A stretch of 64,000 nucleotides of DNA. Source: an uncultured Rhodospirillales bacterium. Its GTDB lineage: Bacteria > Pseudomonadota > Alphaproteobacteria > Azospirillales > Azospirillaceae. The stretch is taken from contig CAIOBP010000097.1 in NCBI GenBank assembly GCA_903856295.1, positions 540 to 64,539 of the forward strand, in the 5' to 3' direction. A program made the position numbers and the translations under genes. The number at the start of each line of letters is the position of its first letter. Positions within the stretch are counted from its first letter, which is position 1. Below, in pieces: positions 1 to 8,665 of this stretch. The notes beneath the pieces were generated by a model, which searched no databases, was not told the origin of the DNA, and worked only from the letters and a program-made list of their open reading frames with translations.

Positions 1-1622
1 TGATCAAGTCGGCCGATCAGCTTCAGGGCATCCAGCGTGTGCTCGAGCTGCTGGGCTCGTTCGATTCGCGCTTCGACCAGTCGGTGGCGCTCTACAAGAA
101 GAAGGTCGCGCTGCTGAAGGAGGCCAGCGAGTTCGGCTCCAAAAGCCGGATCGCCCTCGACGAGTTCGCCCGGGCCAACCATGCCGAGGCGGCGGTGATG
201 CAACCCCTGCAAACCCTGATGCGCTCGCGCCTCGACATGGCGGAGGTCACGGCCGAGTTCAATGAGGAAACCGCCCGGCACGCGGCCGAACTCGCCCGGA
301 CCTACAGTGCCGAACTCAAGGAGATGACCGCCGGACAACCGGCCGAGCGCCGGGCGAAACTCGCCGAACTCGCCACCCTCGCCGAAGGGTTCACGACCGC
401 CCTGGAAAGTACCATGGCGGTGTCGCTGGACTTGTACAAGCTGACCGAGCAGGCGATGGATACCATCGGCAAGGAAATCTACACCACCTCGCTGGCCTTG
501 CGCGACCTCCAGGTCAAGCGCCAGACGGCGCTGGAAGAGGCGGCCGGCAACTACGTTCTCAACGCCAAGATCACCATCGGCACCCTGACCCTGATCGCCA
601 TCGGCATCGCCATTCTGTGCGCCATCCTGATCAGCGCCGTCGTTTCGCGGCCAATCGCCGCCATGGCCGTCGCCGCCCGGGTCGCCGAGGAGATCGGCGA
701 ACTGATCAAGATGGCCGCCCATGACGGCGACTTCCGCAACCGCGCCCCCACCGAGGGCCGCACCGGGTTCGTGGCCACCATCAGCGATGCCGTCAACCGG
801 CTGTTCGATTCGATGTGCGAGGCCTTCACCGGCATCAGCCGCGACGCCAACACCGTGGCCCTCGCCGCCAGCGATTGCAGCAGCGCCGTGCTCGAGGTCA
901 ATGCCGGCGCCGCCGAGCAGGCGCGCTCGCTGGAGCAGGTGCGCGAGGCCATCCGCACCTCGGCCGAAGCGATCACCAAGGTCAGCGGCAACGCCAAGAC
1001 CGCCAGCTCCGCCGCCGAACAGGCGACCGCCCTGGTCAATCGCGGCCAGGTCGCCATCGTCGGCATGACCGATCTGATGGAAACCATGGCCCGCAATGGC
1101 CGCGAGATCGCCCTCGCCACCCAGGCGCTGGCCCAGATCGCCACCAAAACCGATATCCTCGCCACCAATGCCGCCATCGAGGCCGCCGGGCTCGGCGGCG
1201 ACCAGGGCCGGCGCTTCGCCGTCATCGGCCAGCAGATCGGCAACCTCTCCGAGCTGTCCAGCTCGTTTTCGACCAAGATCGCCCAGCTGGTCGAGACCGC
1301 GAACCGGGACCTGCAAACCGGCCTGCAAGCCGCCAGCGGCGCCCGGCAGATCATCGAGGACATTCAGCGTCAGGTCGCCGACACCGACGGCATGATTCAC
1401 CAGATCGCCGAGGCCATGATGTCGCAGCAGTCGGCGATCATCGAAATCGACGCCACCGCCAACAGTCTGGCCGAGATCGGCGAGCACAATGTCGAGTCCG
1501 GTGAACAGATTTCCCGGCGGTTGGTGCAGTTGCGCGACCTTTCGGATGCCACCAAGGAAGCCGTCGGCAAATTCAAGATCGAGAGGGCGGGTGAGGCGCG
1601 GGCGCCGCGTCCTGCCGCGTGA
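1..1622 (+). CDS. methyl-accepting chemotaxis protein, N-terminus probably cut by window edge
   Basis: ORF track 39..1622, but the same frame stays open back to base 3. TM stretch LTLIAIGIAILCAILISAVV, a HAMP-like segment, then the MCP signalling-hairpin motif TDILATNAAIEAAGLGGDQGRRFAVIGQQIGNLSE. Confidence 0.85.
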   Translation, partial: IKSADQLQGIQRVLELLGSFDSRFDQSVALYKKKVALLKEASEFGSKSRIALDEFARANHAEAAVMQPLQTLMRSRLDMAEVTAEFNEETARHAAELARTYSAELKEMTAGQPAERRAKLAELATLAEGFTTALESTMAVSLDLYKLTEQAMDTIGKEIYTTSLALRDLQVKRQTALEEAAGNYVLNAKITIGTLTLIAIGIAILCAILISAVVSRPIAAMAVAARVAEEIGELIKMAAHDGDFRNRAPTEGRTGFVATISDAVNRLFDSMCEAFTGISRDANTVALAASDCSSAVLEVNAGAAEQARSLEQVREAIRTSAEAITKVSGNAKTASSAAEQATALVNRGQVAIVGMTDLMETMARNGREIALATQALAQIATKTDILATNAAIEAAGLGGDQGRRFAVIGQQIGNLSELSSSFSTKIAQLVETANRDLQTGLQAASGARQIIEDIQRQVADTDGMIHQIAEAMMSQQSAIIEIDATANSLAEIGEHNVESGEQISRRLVQLRDLSDATKEAVGKFKIERAGEARAPRPAA

Positions 1623-1874
1623 GGCCGGCGCGAATCGCCTGAAGCCCGAATCGGAGTGTTCCCCACGGTTCGAAGACCGGGCAATAGTCGGTTGCTGCCC
1701 GATCTATAGGCTATTGCTTTCCCGGCAGCGGGGATTTGCACAAAACAGCGCCAGCTTTTTGCTCATTTTCTGCCCACTTAAATGCCGCGTCTTGAGCCTT
1801 GTTGCGCGGTTTGATAGCAGGCGTCCAGTCACGGCGATCGACAGCGCCGGCCAACCGACGAGACGAGGGGTTCT

Positions 1875-3110
1875 ATGGACGCGACAAAAACGGGCGGCGA
1901 CGTCCTTTTCATTCTGATGGGCGCCATCATGGTGCTTGCAATGCATAGCGGTTTCGCCTTCCTCGAGGTTGGCACGGTCCGGAAGAAGAATCAGGTCAAC
2001 GCCCTGGTCAAAATTCTGACCGATTTCGCGGTGTCGACGATTGCCTATTTTTTCGTCGGGTACAGCATTGCCTACGGTGTCGATTTTTTCGTCAACGCCA
2101 AGGTGCTGACCGGCGAGATTGCCATGCCCGGCCACAGCTTCGCGCCGCACGGCTATGATCTGGTCAAATTCTTCTTCCTCGCCACCTTCGCGGCGGCAGT
2201 GCCGGCGATCGTGTCCGGCGGTATCGCCGAGCGCGCGCGCTTCATGCCGCAGGTTGTCGCCACCGCGATCCTGGTCGGGCTGGTTTACCCGACCTTCGAA
2301 GCCTTCGTCTGGGGCGAGCGCTTCGGCATCCAGACCTGGTTCGCGACCAGCTTGGGCTTCAAGTTCCATGATTTCGCCGGCTCGGTGGTGGTTCACGCGG
2401 TCGGCGGCTGGATCGCCCTCGGCGCGGTGCTGATGCTGGGCAACCGCATCGGCCGCTATCGCCGCGACGGCTCGCTGATCGCCATGCCGCCCTCGAACAT
2501 TCCGTTCCTGGCGCTCGGCGCCTGGGTGCTCTCGGTCGGCTGGTTCGGCTTCAACGTCATGAGCGCCCAGACCCTCGACACCGCCTCGGGTCTGGTCGGG
2601 CTGAACTCGCTGATGGCCATGGTCGGCGGCATCCTCAGCGCCCTGGTGGTCAGCCGCACCGACCCCGGCTATGTCCATAACGGCGCGCTGGCCGGGTTGG
2701 TCGCGGTGTGCGCCGGCTCCGACGTCATGCATCCGATCGGCGCCCTGGCCACCGGCGCCATCGCTGGCGCCCTCTTCGTCTGGGCCTTCGACCGGTGCCA
2801 GTACGACTGGAAGCTCGACGACGTGCTCGGCGTCTGGGCGCTCCACGGCTTGTGCGGCGCCACCGGCGGCATCCTGTGCGGCGTCTTCGGCCAAACCGCG
2901 CTGGGCGGCATCGGCGGCGTCGGGTTGCTCTCGCAGGTGGTCGGCACCCTGAGCGGCATGGTCTTCGCGCTGACCGCCGGACTGCTGGTTTACGGCGGCC
3001 TGAAGAAGACCATCGGCATCCGGCTCGAGCCCGAAAAGGAACAGCGGGGCGCCGATCTGTCGATCCACCGCATCACCGCCTATCCCGAAGACGACGCCTC
3101 CAAGCACTAA
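1875..3110 (+). CDS. amtB: ammonium transporter (Amt/MEP family)
   Basis: 411 aa polytopic membrane protein with Amt-type motifs ([42 protein letters not shown]). GAGGGG lies a few nt upstream of ATG 1875. Confidence 0.9.
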   Translation: MDATKTGGDVLFILMGAIMVLAMHSGFAFLEVGTVRKKNQVNALVKILTDFAVSTIAYFFVGYSIAYGVDFFVNAKVLTGEIAMPGHSFAPHGYDLVKFFFLATFAAAVPAIVSGGIAERARFMPQVVATAILVGLVYPTFEAFVWGERFGIQTWFATSLGFKFHDFAGSVVVHAVGGWIALGAVLMLGNRIGRYRRDGSLIAMPPSNIPFLALGAWVLSVGWFGFNVMSAQTLDTASGLVGLNSLMAMVGGILSALVVSRTDPGYVHNGALAGLVAVCAGSDVMHPIGALATGAIAGALFVWAFDRCQYDWKLDDVLGVWALHGLCGATGGILCGVFGQTALGGIGGVGLLSQVVGTLSGMVFALTAGLLVYGGLKKTIGIRLEPEKEQRGADLSIHRITAYPEDDASKH

Positions 3111-3229
3111 AGGGGTCTGGGGCCGTCGGCCCCAGTGGGGGGCCAAGGGGCAAGGCCCCTTGGTCGCCGAAGAGGCCAGGGGCTCTGCCCCTGGACCCCG
3201 CCAAAGGCCGGCGGCCTTTGGAAACCGGG
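3111..3229. repeat. REP-like multi-hairpin intergenic element, copy A
   Basis: Four consecutive short palindromes (ggggccg-t-cggcccc, ccaaggggc-aa-gccccttgg, ccaggggc-tct-gcccctgg, ccaaaggccg-gcggcctttgg) fill the amtB-msrA gap. A reverse-complement copy with only scattered differences sits at 11881..12000. Confidence 0.75.
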
Positions 3230-3799
3230 ATGGGGTTCATGCGCATGCATCTGGTTCTTGGGGCGACGCTGACGCCGCCTTTTCCTGAACACTTGGAAAG
3301 CGCGGTGGTTGGCATGGGCTGTTTCTGGGGCGCCGAACGGCTGTTCTGGCGCCAGCCCGGCGTTTTCACCACCGCGGCCGGCTATGCCGGCGGCCACACC
3401 CCCAGCCCGAGCTACGAAGAGGTGTGCACGGGCCGCAGCGGTCACGCCGAGGTGGTTCTGGTGGTGTTCGACCCGCAAACGACCAGCTATGGCGCGCTGC
3501 TGACGCTGTTCTGGGAAAGCCACGATCCGACCCAGGGCATGCGCCAGGGCAACGATATCGGCAGCCAATACCGTTCCTGTCTTTATCCGCGCACGCCCGG
3601 CCAGTGGACGGCGGCGCTCGAGACCCGCGACCGCTACGACAAAATTCTGGGCCGGGCCGGCTTCGAGCCGATCACCACCGAAATCGCCGAAGCGCCAGCC
3701 TTCCACTACGCCGAAGCCTATCACCAGCAGTATCTGGCCCGGAATCCCGGCGGATATTGCGGTCTCGCCGGCACCGGCGTCCGCTGTCCCGGGGCGTGA
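3230..3799 (+). CDS. msrA: peptide-methionine (S)-S-oxide reductase
   Basis: C-terminal part of ORF 2708..3799. MsrA motif GMGCFWGAE and [19 protein letters not shown]. The upstream part of the ORF is Arg/Pro-rich shadow overlapping amtB. First in-frame ATG after amtB is at 3230 (alternatives 3239, 3245). Confidence 0.9.
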   Translation: MGFMRMHLVLGATLTPPFPEHLESAVVGMGCFWGAERLFWRQPGVFTTAAGYAGGHTPSPSYEEVCTGRSGHAEVVLVVFDPQTTSYGALLTLFWESHDPTQGMRQGNDIGSQYRSCLYPRTPGQWTAALETRDRYDKILGRAGFEPITTEIAEAPAFHYAEAYHQQYLARNPGGYCGLAGTGVRCPGA

Positions 3800-3816
3800 C
3801 CGCCCGGAAAACCGGC

Positions 3817-3861
3817 AAAAAAACACCGCCGGCCAGGAGGTCCCGGCCGGCGGTTCGTTTT
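3817..3861. terminator. bidirectional rho-independent terminator between convergent msrA and XRE genes
   Basis: A-run 3817-3823, 10-bp GC stem accgccggcc (3825-3834) / ggccggcggt (3845-3854), then tcgtttt. Confidence 0.7.
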
Positions 3862-3872
3862 CAAGCCTTACC

Positions 3873-4358
3873 TTACTCGGCCGGCGTGTTGTCGCCCGCT
3901 CCGGCGGCGGCCTTGGTCAACTCGAACAAGCGGCGGCGCACCAGCGGATCCGCAATTTTGTAGTAGGCGCGCACCAGCTCGAGAGTCTCGCGCTTGGCCA
4001 TCGGATCCAGGGCCAGACTGTCAACGCTCGGCGACTCACCACCCAGCGACACCGGCACCTTGCCGTCCTCGTCAACCCCGAGGTCGTCGAAGAAGTAGGA
4101 CACAGGCACATCGAGCACGTTCGACAGCTTCCAGAGCTTCGAGGCGCTGATGCGGTTCATGCCGCGCTCGTATTTCTGAACCTGCTGGAAGGTCAAGCCG
4201 ATCGCCTCGCCCAGTTTCTCCTGGCTCATGCCGAGCAGGGTCCGGCGCAGACGCACGCGAGAACCGACATGAACGTCGATCGGGCTCGGCCCGTCCTTGG
4301 CGATGGAGCGCTTGGCCTTGCGGCCCGGCTTGGCCTTTTCTTCCACCTTCTTAATCAT
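3873..4358 (-). CDS. XRE-family helix-turn-helix transcriptional regulator
   Basis: HTH_XRE-like core VGSRVRLRRTLLGMSQEKLGEAIGLTFQQVQKYERGMNRISASKL. Start taken at MIKKVEEK (ATG 4358) with GGGGG upstream. ORF track extends to 4406. Confidence 0.8.
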   Translation of the reverse strand: MIKKVEEKAKPGRKAKRSIAKDGPSPIDVHVGSRVRLRRTLLGMSQEKLGEAIGLTFQQVQKYERGMNRISASKLWKLSNVLDVPVSYFFDDLGVDEDGKVPVSLGGESPSVDSLALDPMAKRETLELVRAYYKIADPLVRRRLFELTKAAAGAGDNTPAE

Positions 4359-4825
4359 ATAACCCCCGTGTCTGCATGGCGCTGGCGATGGCCGGAGACC
4401 CTGCACCGCCTCGCCGTACGCGATTCATAGATATGCTAATACCACAAAAAGCAATGAATGCGCGTTTTAATTTTGCCCTATCGCCCTCTGCTAGCGTGAA
4501 CCGCGACTAAGCCTATCTTTCGGATATGGCCAAATAATCGATCGGCTATTTCGCCAGCAGACTCAACCCAAGGCAGGGTCAAGCTTATCCCACGCAACAG
4601 CCGGCCCGGCACCAGCCAAGCAGCTATGTTACGCGATGGAGTGGACTTGTGCAACAGGAGTGGTCAATTAGAATTGATATAAACTGGAGGCCGTCGGAGT
4701 CCCCCCGACAATCCGCACCAGTCGACACGCAATAACCGGCCAGAACATCTGCCGGCCGATCCATGGCGCGGCAACGACTTGTCCAGTGCCGCCACAGGAT
4801 TTTCAATGGATTGCCCGAACGCCCG

Positions 4826-5944
4826 CTACGGCTCGATGATCCGTGAGCGCGAAACCTGCTCGGCGCCGCTCGGCAGCCTCGCCGCCGGATCGCGCAGCCA
4901 GGACAATATGTCGCCGATCACCACGCCGCCGCGCCGGTCGCGCAGCAGCATGTGCCAGCCATCCTGGTAAATGGCCAGCCGCTGACGCCCCTTGGGCAGG
5001 CCGGCCAGCAGGCGATTGATGGCGCCGAAGGGCAGCACCTGCTCATGGACGCCATACAGCACCAGCCCCGGCGTGAGATACCGGGGCGCTGCCGCCAGCG
5101 CCTCGCCCATCAACTCAACCAAACCGTTTATGGTGTCGGCTCGAGTCGCCTTGATCACCAGCGGATCGCGGCTCAGCGCCTTCATCATGTCCACATTGTC
5201 CGAGGGCCGGATTTTCAGGGTTTTGGGCGCGGTCATGGCAAGGCCGGGCACCAGGGCGTTGGTCAGCCACAGCGCCGCCCGGGGCACCGCCCCCATGGCC
5301 TCGCGCCCCCAGACCGCCGGCGCCACCAGAATCGCCCCCGCCACGGCGGCCAGCGGCGAACCGGCCGGCGGCGGTGCCGCCAGCGCGCTCATCACCACCG
5401 CCCCGCCCATGGACTCGCCGAGCAGATAAACCGGCACGCCGGGATGACGCGCGCACACCAGCGCGACCACGGTGGTCAGATCGGCGATCATGGTCGCGGC
5501 GCCTGGCCAGACGCCCCGGCGCATGGTGGCGCCGAAGCCGCGCTGGTCGTAGGCGTAGGTGGCCACACCATCGGCGGCAAACAGCGGACCGACTCCGGAA
5601 AAGGCGTTGGAATAGTCGTTGAAGCCGTGCAGGGCGACAATCACCGCCCGCGTCGCCCCCTCGGGGCGCCAGGCCCGCATGGGCAGATAGTAGCTGTCGG
5701 CGGTGATGGCGTAACCGTCAATCAGGGTTGGCGCCAGCCGCGCCGGTCCCATCGGCTGGGTCGCCGAGGCGCAGCCGGCGACCGCCAGCAGGCCGAGCCA
5801 CCAGCCGACGGCCAGCGGCGGCCGGCGACGATGGTGATCATGGCCGGTGGGTCTGGCCGCCTCCGGCGCTCCCCCCCAGACCCGGCGCACCAGACGCCGG
5901 CGTGTCGAGGGGTGATCCGCCGCTTCCTTCCCGGTCTTCGCCAT
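4826..5944 (-). CDS. alpha/beta hydrolase lipoprotein (lysophospholipase / monoacylglycerol lipase-like)
   Basis: Lipobox LLAVAGCAS, HGFNDYS, nucleophile elbow GESMGG. Start uncertain because the first ~100 nt overlap the upstream ABC gene. Confidence 0.75.
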   Translation of the reverse strand: MAKTGKEAADHPSTRRRLVRRVWGGAPEAARPTGHDHHRRRPPLAVGWWLGLLAVAGCASATQPMGPARLAPTLIDGYAITADSYYLPMRAWRPEGATRAVIVALHGFNDYSNAFSGVGPLFAADGVATYAYDQRGFGATMRRGVWPGAATMIADLTTVVALVCARHPGVPVYLLGESMGGAVVMSALAAPPPAGSPLAAVAGAILVAPAVWGREAMGAVPRAALWLTNALVPGLAMTAPKTLKIRPSDNVDMMKALSRDPLVIKATRADTINGLVELMGEALAAAPRYLTPGLVLYGVHEQVLPFGAINRLLAGLPKGRQRLAIYQDGWHMLLRDRRGGVVIGDILSWLRDPAARLPSGAEQVSRSRIIEP

Positions 5945-6959
5945 CGCTGCCTCTGGTCAGGGTGAGGAAGATATCCTCGAGGTCGGCCTCCTCGGTGGTG
6001 AGATCGAGGATGCCCAGGCCGGCCGCCTGCACCGCCGCGAGAATGGTGTCGATTCGCACCCGACTCGGACGGTAGCGTACAACCAGCCGGCGGCCGATTT
6101 CCAGCTTAACCGCCTCCTCGACCGCCAGCGCCGCCAGCGCCGCCGGAACCTCGGTCAAATCCCGGTCGACGACGATCGCCAGCTCCTTGCTGTCGAGCTG
6201 CCCGAGCAGCGACCGGGTCGACTCGCAGGCCACCACCTGCCCGTGATTGATGATCGCGATGGTGTCGCAGAGCTGCTCGGCCTCCTCCAGATAGTGGGTC
6301 GTGAGCAGAACCGTGGTGCCCCGGCGGTTCAGCTCGCGAACATGGTCCCAGAGCTGGCGGCGCAGTTCGACGTCGACTCCGGCGGTCGGCTCGTCGAGCA
6401 CCAGCACCGGCGGCGCGTGAACCATCGCCTTGGCCACCATCAGCCGCCGCCGCATGCCGCCCGAGAGGGTGCGGGCGTAGGCGTTGGCGTGGCTGCTCAG
6501 CCCGACCGCCTCGAGCAATTCGGCGGTGCGGCGCCGGCCGGCGGGCACGCCATAGAAGCCGGCCTGGAGGTCCAGCAGCTCGCGCGGGGTGAAAAAGGGG
6601 TCGATGTTCAGTTCCTGGGGCACGACGCCGATCGAGGAACGGGCGTGGCGAGTCTGACGGTCGATGTCGAACCCCCAGATCGCCGCCTCGCCCGCGGTCT
6701 TGTTGACCAGCCCGGCCAGGATGTTGATCAGGGTCGATTTGCCGGCGCCGTTGGGGCCGAGCAAACCGAACAGCGAACCGCGCGGAATCGCGAGATCGAT
6801 CGCCTTCAACGCCTCGCGCGACGGCGACTGGCCCGACGCCGCGTAGACCTTGGTCAGGCCGCGCACCGCAACGGCATGGACGGGCGGAACCAGTGTGGAC
6901 ACGGCGACTCCTCCGGCAACACGGGCAATGGTGTAAAACAATTGATCGCCCCGCGCCAT
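5838..6959 (-). CDS. ABC transporter ATP-binding protein (no adjacent permease)
   Basis: Walker A GPNGAGKST, signature LSGGMRRR, Walker B VLVLDEPTAGVD. Gly/Ser-rich C-terminal tail overlaps the hydrolase start. Confidence 0.8.
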   Translation of the reverse strand: MARGDQLFYTIARVAGGVAVSTLVPPVHAVAVRGLTKVYAASGQSPSREALKAIDLAIPRGSLFGLLGPNGAGKSTLINILAGLVNKTAGEAAIWGFDIDRQTRHARSSIGVVPQELNIDPFFTPRELLDLQAGFYGVPAGRRRTAELLEAVGLSSHANAYARTLSGGMRRRLMVAKAMVHAPPVLVLDEPTAGVDVELRRQLWDHVRELNRRGTTVLLTTHYLEEAEQLCDTIAIINHGQVVACESTRSLLGQLDSKELAIVVDRDLTEVPAALAALAVEEAVKLEIGRRLVVRYRPSRVRIDTILAAVQAAGLGILDLTTEEADLEDIFLTLTRGSDGEDREGSGGSPLDTPASGAPGLGGSAGGGQTHRP

Positions 6960-7026
6960 TCGGTATCATCTCGCACGCCCGCCGGTCAAACCGGCGCGAC
7001 GCCGACCTCAGCAACGGAGCCATGCG

Positions 7027-7203
7027 ATGCAGCAGACCGAGACCCTAACCGTCGATAAGGCAAGCGTCACCTGCGACGGCGGCGGCGGACCGCTCGGCCA
7101 CCCCAGGGTCACGCTCTCGCTCGCCGACGGGCGCAACACCTGCCCCTATTGCAGCCGGAGCTTCGTGCTGCGCGCCGGCGCCAAGACCGGTCACGGCCAC
7201 TAA
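7027..7203 (+). CDS. zinc-finger (zf-CHCC / NDUFS6-like) small protein, 58 aa
   Basis: Not in ORF track (under 60 aa). My translation: MQQTETLTVDKASVTCDGGGGPLGHPRVTLSLADGRNTCPYCSRSFVLRAGAKTGHGH. The C..GHP...CPYC pattern is typical of this family. Confidence 0.6.
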   Translation: MQQTETLTVDKASVTCDGGGGPLGHPRVTLSLADGRNTCPYCSRSFVLRAGAKTGHGH

Positions 7204-7240
7204 CGCCCCCCCTTTTTTCTCTCCGACCATTGGATACCGA

Positions 7241-8227
7241 ATGTCGACCTTGATTACCGGCGCAGCGGGCTTCATCGGCTCCCATGTCGCTCATCGTTTG
7301 CTGGCGCGCGGCGATACCGTCGTGGGCATCGACAATCTCAACAGCTATTACGATGTCCGGCTGAAGGAGGCGCGACTCGCGCGCCTGCTCGAGCATCCGA
7401 ATTTCTCCTTCCACAAGCTCGACATTTCGGACCGCGAGGGCATCAACGGCACCCTGGCCAAGGTCGGCAAGGACATCGACGGCGTCGTCCACCTCGCGGC
7501 CCAGGCCGGGGTGCGCCACTCCATCGAGCATCCTTTCGATTACATCAGCGCCAATATCGTCGGACATCTGGTGATGCTGGAATGGTGCCGCCACCAGCCC
7601 GGCCTGAAGCACATGGTTTACGCCAGCTCCAGCTCGGTCTATGGCGGCAACACCACGCTGCCGTTCTCGGTCGAGGACCGGGTCGACCACCCGATCTCGC
7701 TCTACGCCGCGACCAAGAAGGCCGACGAGCTGATGAGCCACACCTACGCCCATCTCTACCGGATTCCCCTCACCGGCATGCGCTTCTTCACGGTCTACGG
7801 GCCATGGGGACGGCCCGACATGGCGCTGTTCAAGTTCTGCAAGTCGATCCTCGAGGGCCAGCCGATCACCATCTACAACAATGGCGAGATGTGGCGGGAC
7901 TTCACCTATGTCGACGATATCGTCACCGGCGTCGTCGCCGCCCTCGACCGCCCGCCCGCGCCCCAGGGGCCGACCGGGGCGCCGCACACCGTGTTCAACA
8001 TCGGCAACCACCGCTCGGAGCCGCTGATGAAGCTGGTCGGGCTGCTGGAAACCGCGCTGGGCAAGGAAGCGATCAAGATCTACGACGGCATGCAGCCCGG
8101 CGACGTGCAGCAGACCTACGCCGACATCGAGGCCACCCGCGATCTGCTCGGCTACGAACCCACCACCCCGATCGACATCGGCGTGCCGAAGTTCGTCGAG
8201 TGGTACCGGGGGCATTACGGGGTGTGA
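7241..8227 (+). CDS. NAD-dependent epimerase/dehydratase (UDP-glucuronate 4-epimerase-like)
   Basis: N-terminal Rossmann motif TGAAGFIGSH, catalytic YAATKKADE, SDR-extended layout, 328 aa. Confidence 0.85.
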   Translation: MSTLITGAAGFIGSHVAHRLLARGDTVVGIDNLNSYYDVRLKEARLARLLEHPNFSFHKLDISDREGINGTLAKVGKDIDGVVHLAAQAGVRHSIEHPFDYISANIVGHLVMLEWCRHQPGLKHMVYASSSSVYGGNTTLPFSVEDRVDHPISLYAATKKADELMSHTYAHLYRIPLTGMRFFTVYGPWGRPDMALFKFCKSILEGQPITIYNNGEMWRDFTYVDDIVTGVVAALDRPPAPQGPTGAPHTVFNIGNHRSEPLMKLVGLLETALGKEAIKIYDGMQPGDVQQTYADIEATRDLLGYEPTTPIDIGVPKFVEWYRGHYGV

Positions 8228-8280
8228 ACCGGCGGGCAGCCGATTCGAACGAGGGCGCTCTGGATGAGAGGAAAACCGCC

Positions 8281-8631
8281 ATGCTGCGAGGTCTGTGTCT
8301 GAGCCTGATCATCCTGACCGCCGGGGCCGTCCGGGCGCAGGAGAGCCACCAGTTCCTGCACAACGCCAATCCATCCAGTCCGCTGTTCGAGTGCAACCAG
8401 AAGACCATCGGCCAGACCGCCTGTCAGGCCGCGCACCGCTGCAAATGCACCTACAACGCCTTCGGCAGCGCCATGCAGGGGCTGCCACCCGGCTATCGCT
8501 GGGATTGCGGGTTGGAGCAGGGCACCTGCACCATCGACATTCCCGCCACCACCAGCGGCAATTACGGCAATTCGCAGGCCCCGTCGTCGGTGCCGACGCC
8601 CCAGGTGGTCGTGCCGTATCAACTCAAATAG
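8281..8631 (+). CDS. small secreted Cys-rich hypothetical protein
   Basis: In-frame ATG within ORF 7582..8631. Signal peptide MLRGLCLSLIILTAGAVRAQE, then 6 Cys in the mature part. No family recognised. Confidence 0.5.
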   Translation: MLRGLCLSLIILTAGAVRAQESHQFLHNANPSSPLFECNQKTIGQTACQAAHRCKCTYNAFGSAMQGLPPGYRWDCGLEQGTCTIDIPATTSGNYGNSQAPSSVPTPQVVVPYQLK

Positions 8632-8665
8632 GGCTGAAACCGGCTCAAAACGCGGCGGCCGGCGG

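Noticed and set aside
1723-1741. Possible sigma-54 promoter (GGCAGC...TTTGCA) upstream of amtB
   Set aside because: The GG-to-GC spacing is 12 nt, not 10, and the -24 element is poor. Not supportable.
1704-3146. 480-aa ORF antisense to amtB
   Set aside because: Arg/Gly/Ala/Asp-rich low-complexity translation with no motifs, fully overlapping a well-supported Amt gene. This is a typical shadow ORF of GC-rich DNA.
4407-4825. 420-bp gene-free, less GC-rich region upstream of the XRE regulator, inspected for sRNA, small ORFs and CtrA boxes
   Set aside because: I found no TTAA-N7-TTAA site, only very short ORFs without a Shine-Dalgarno, and only one weak bulged hairpin near 4733-4765. There is nothing I can support beyond calling it a long promoter/UTR region.
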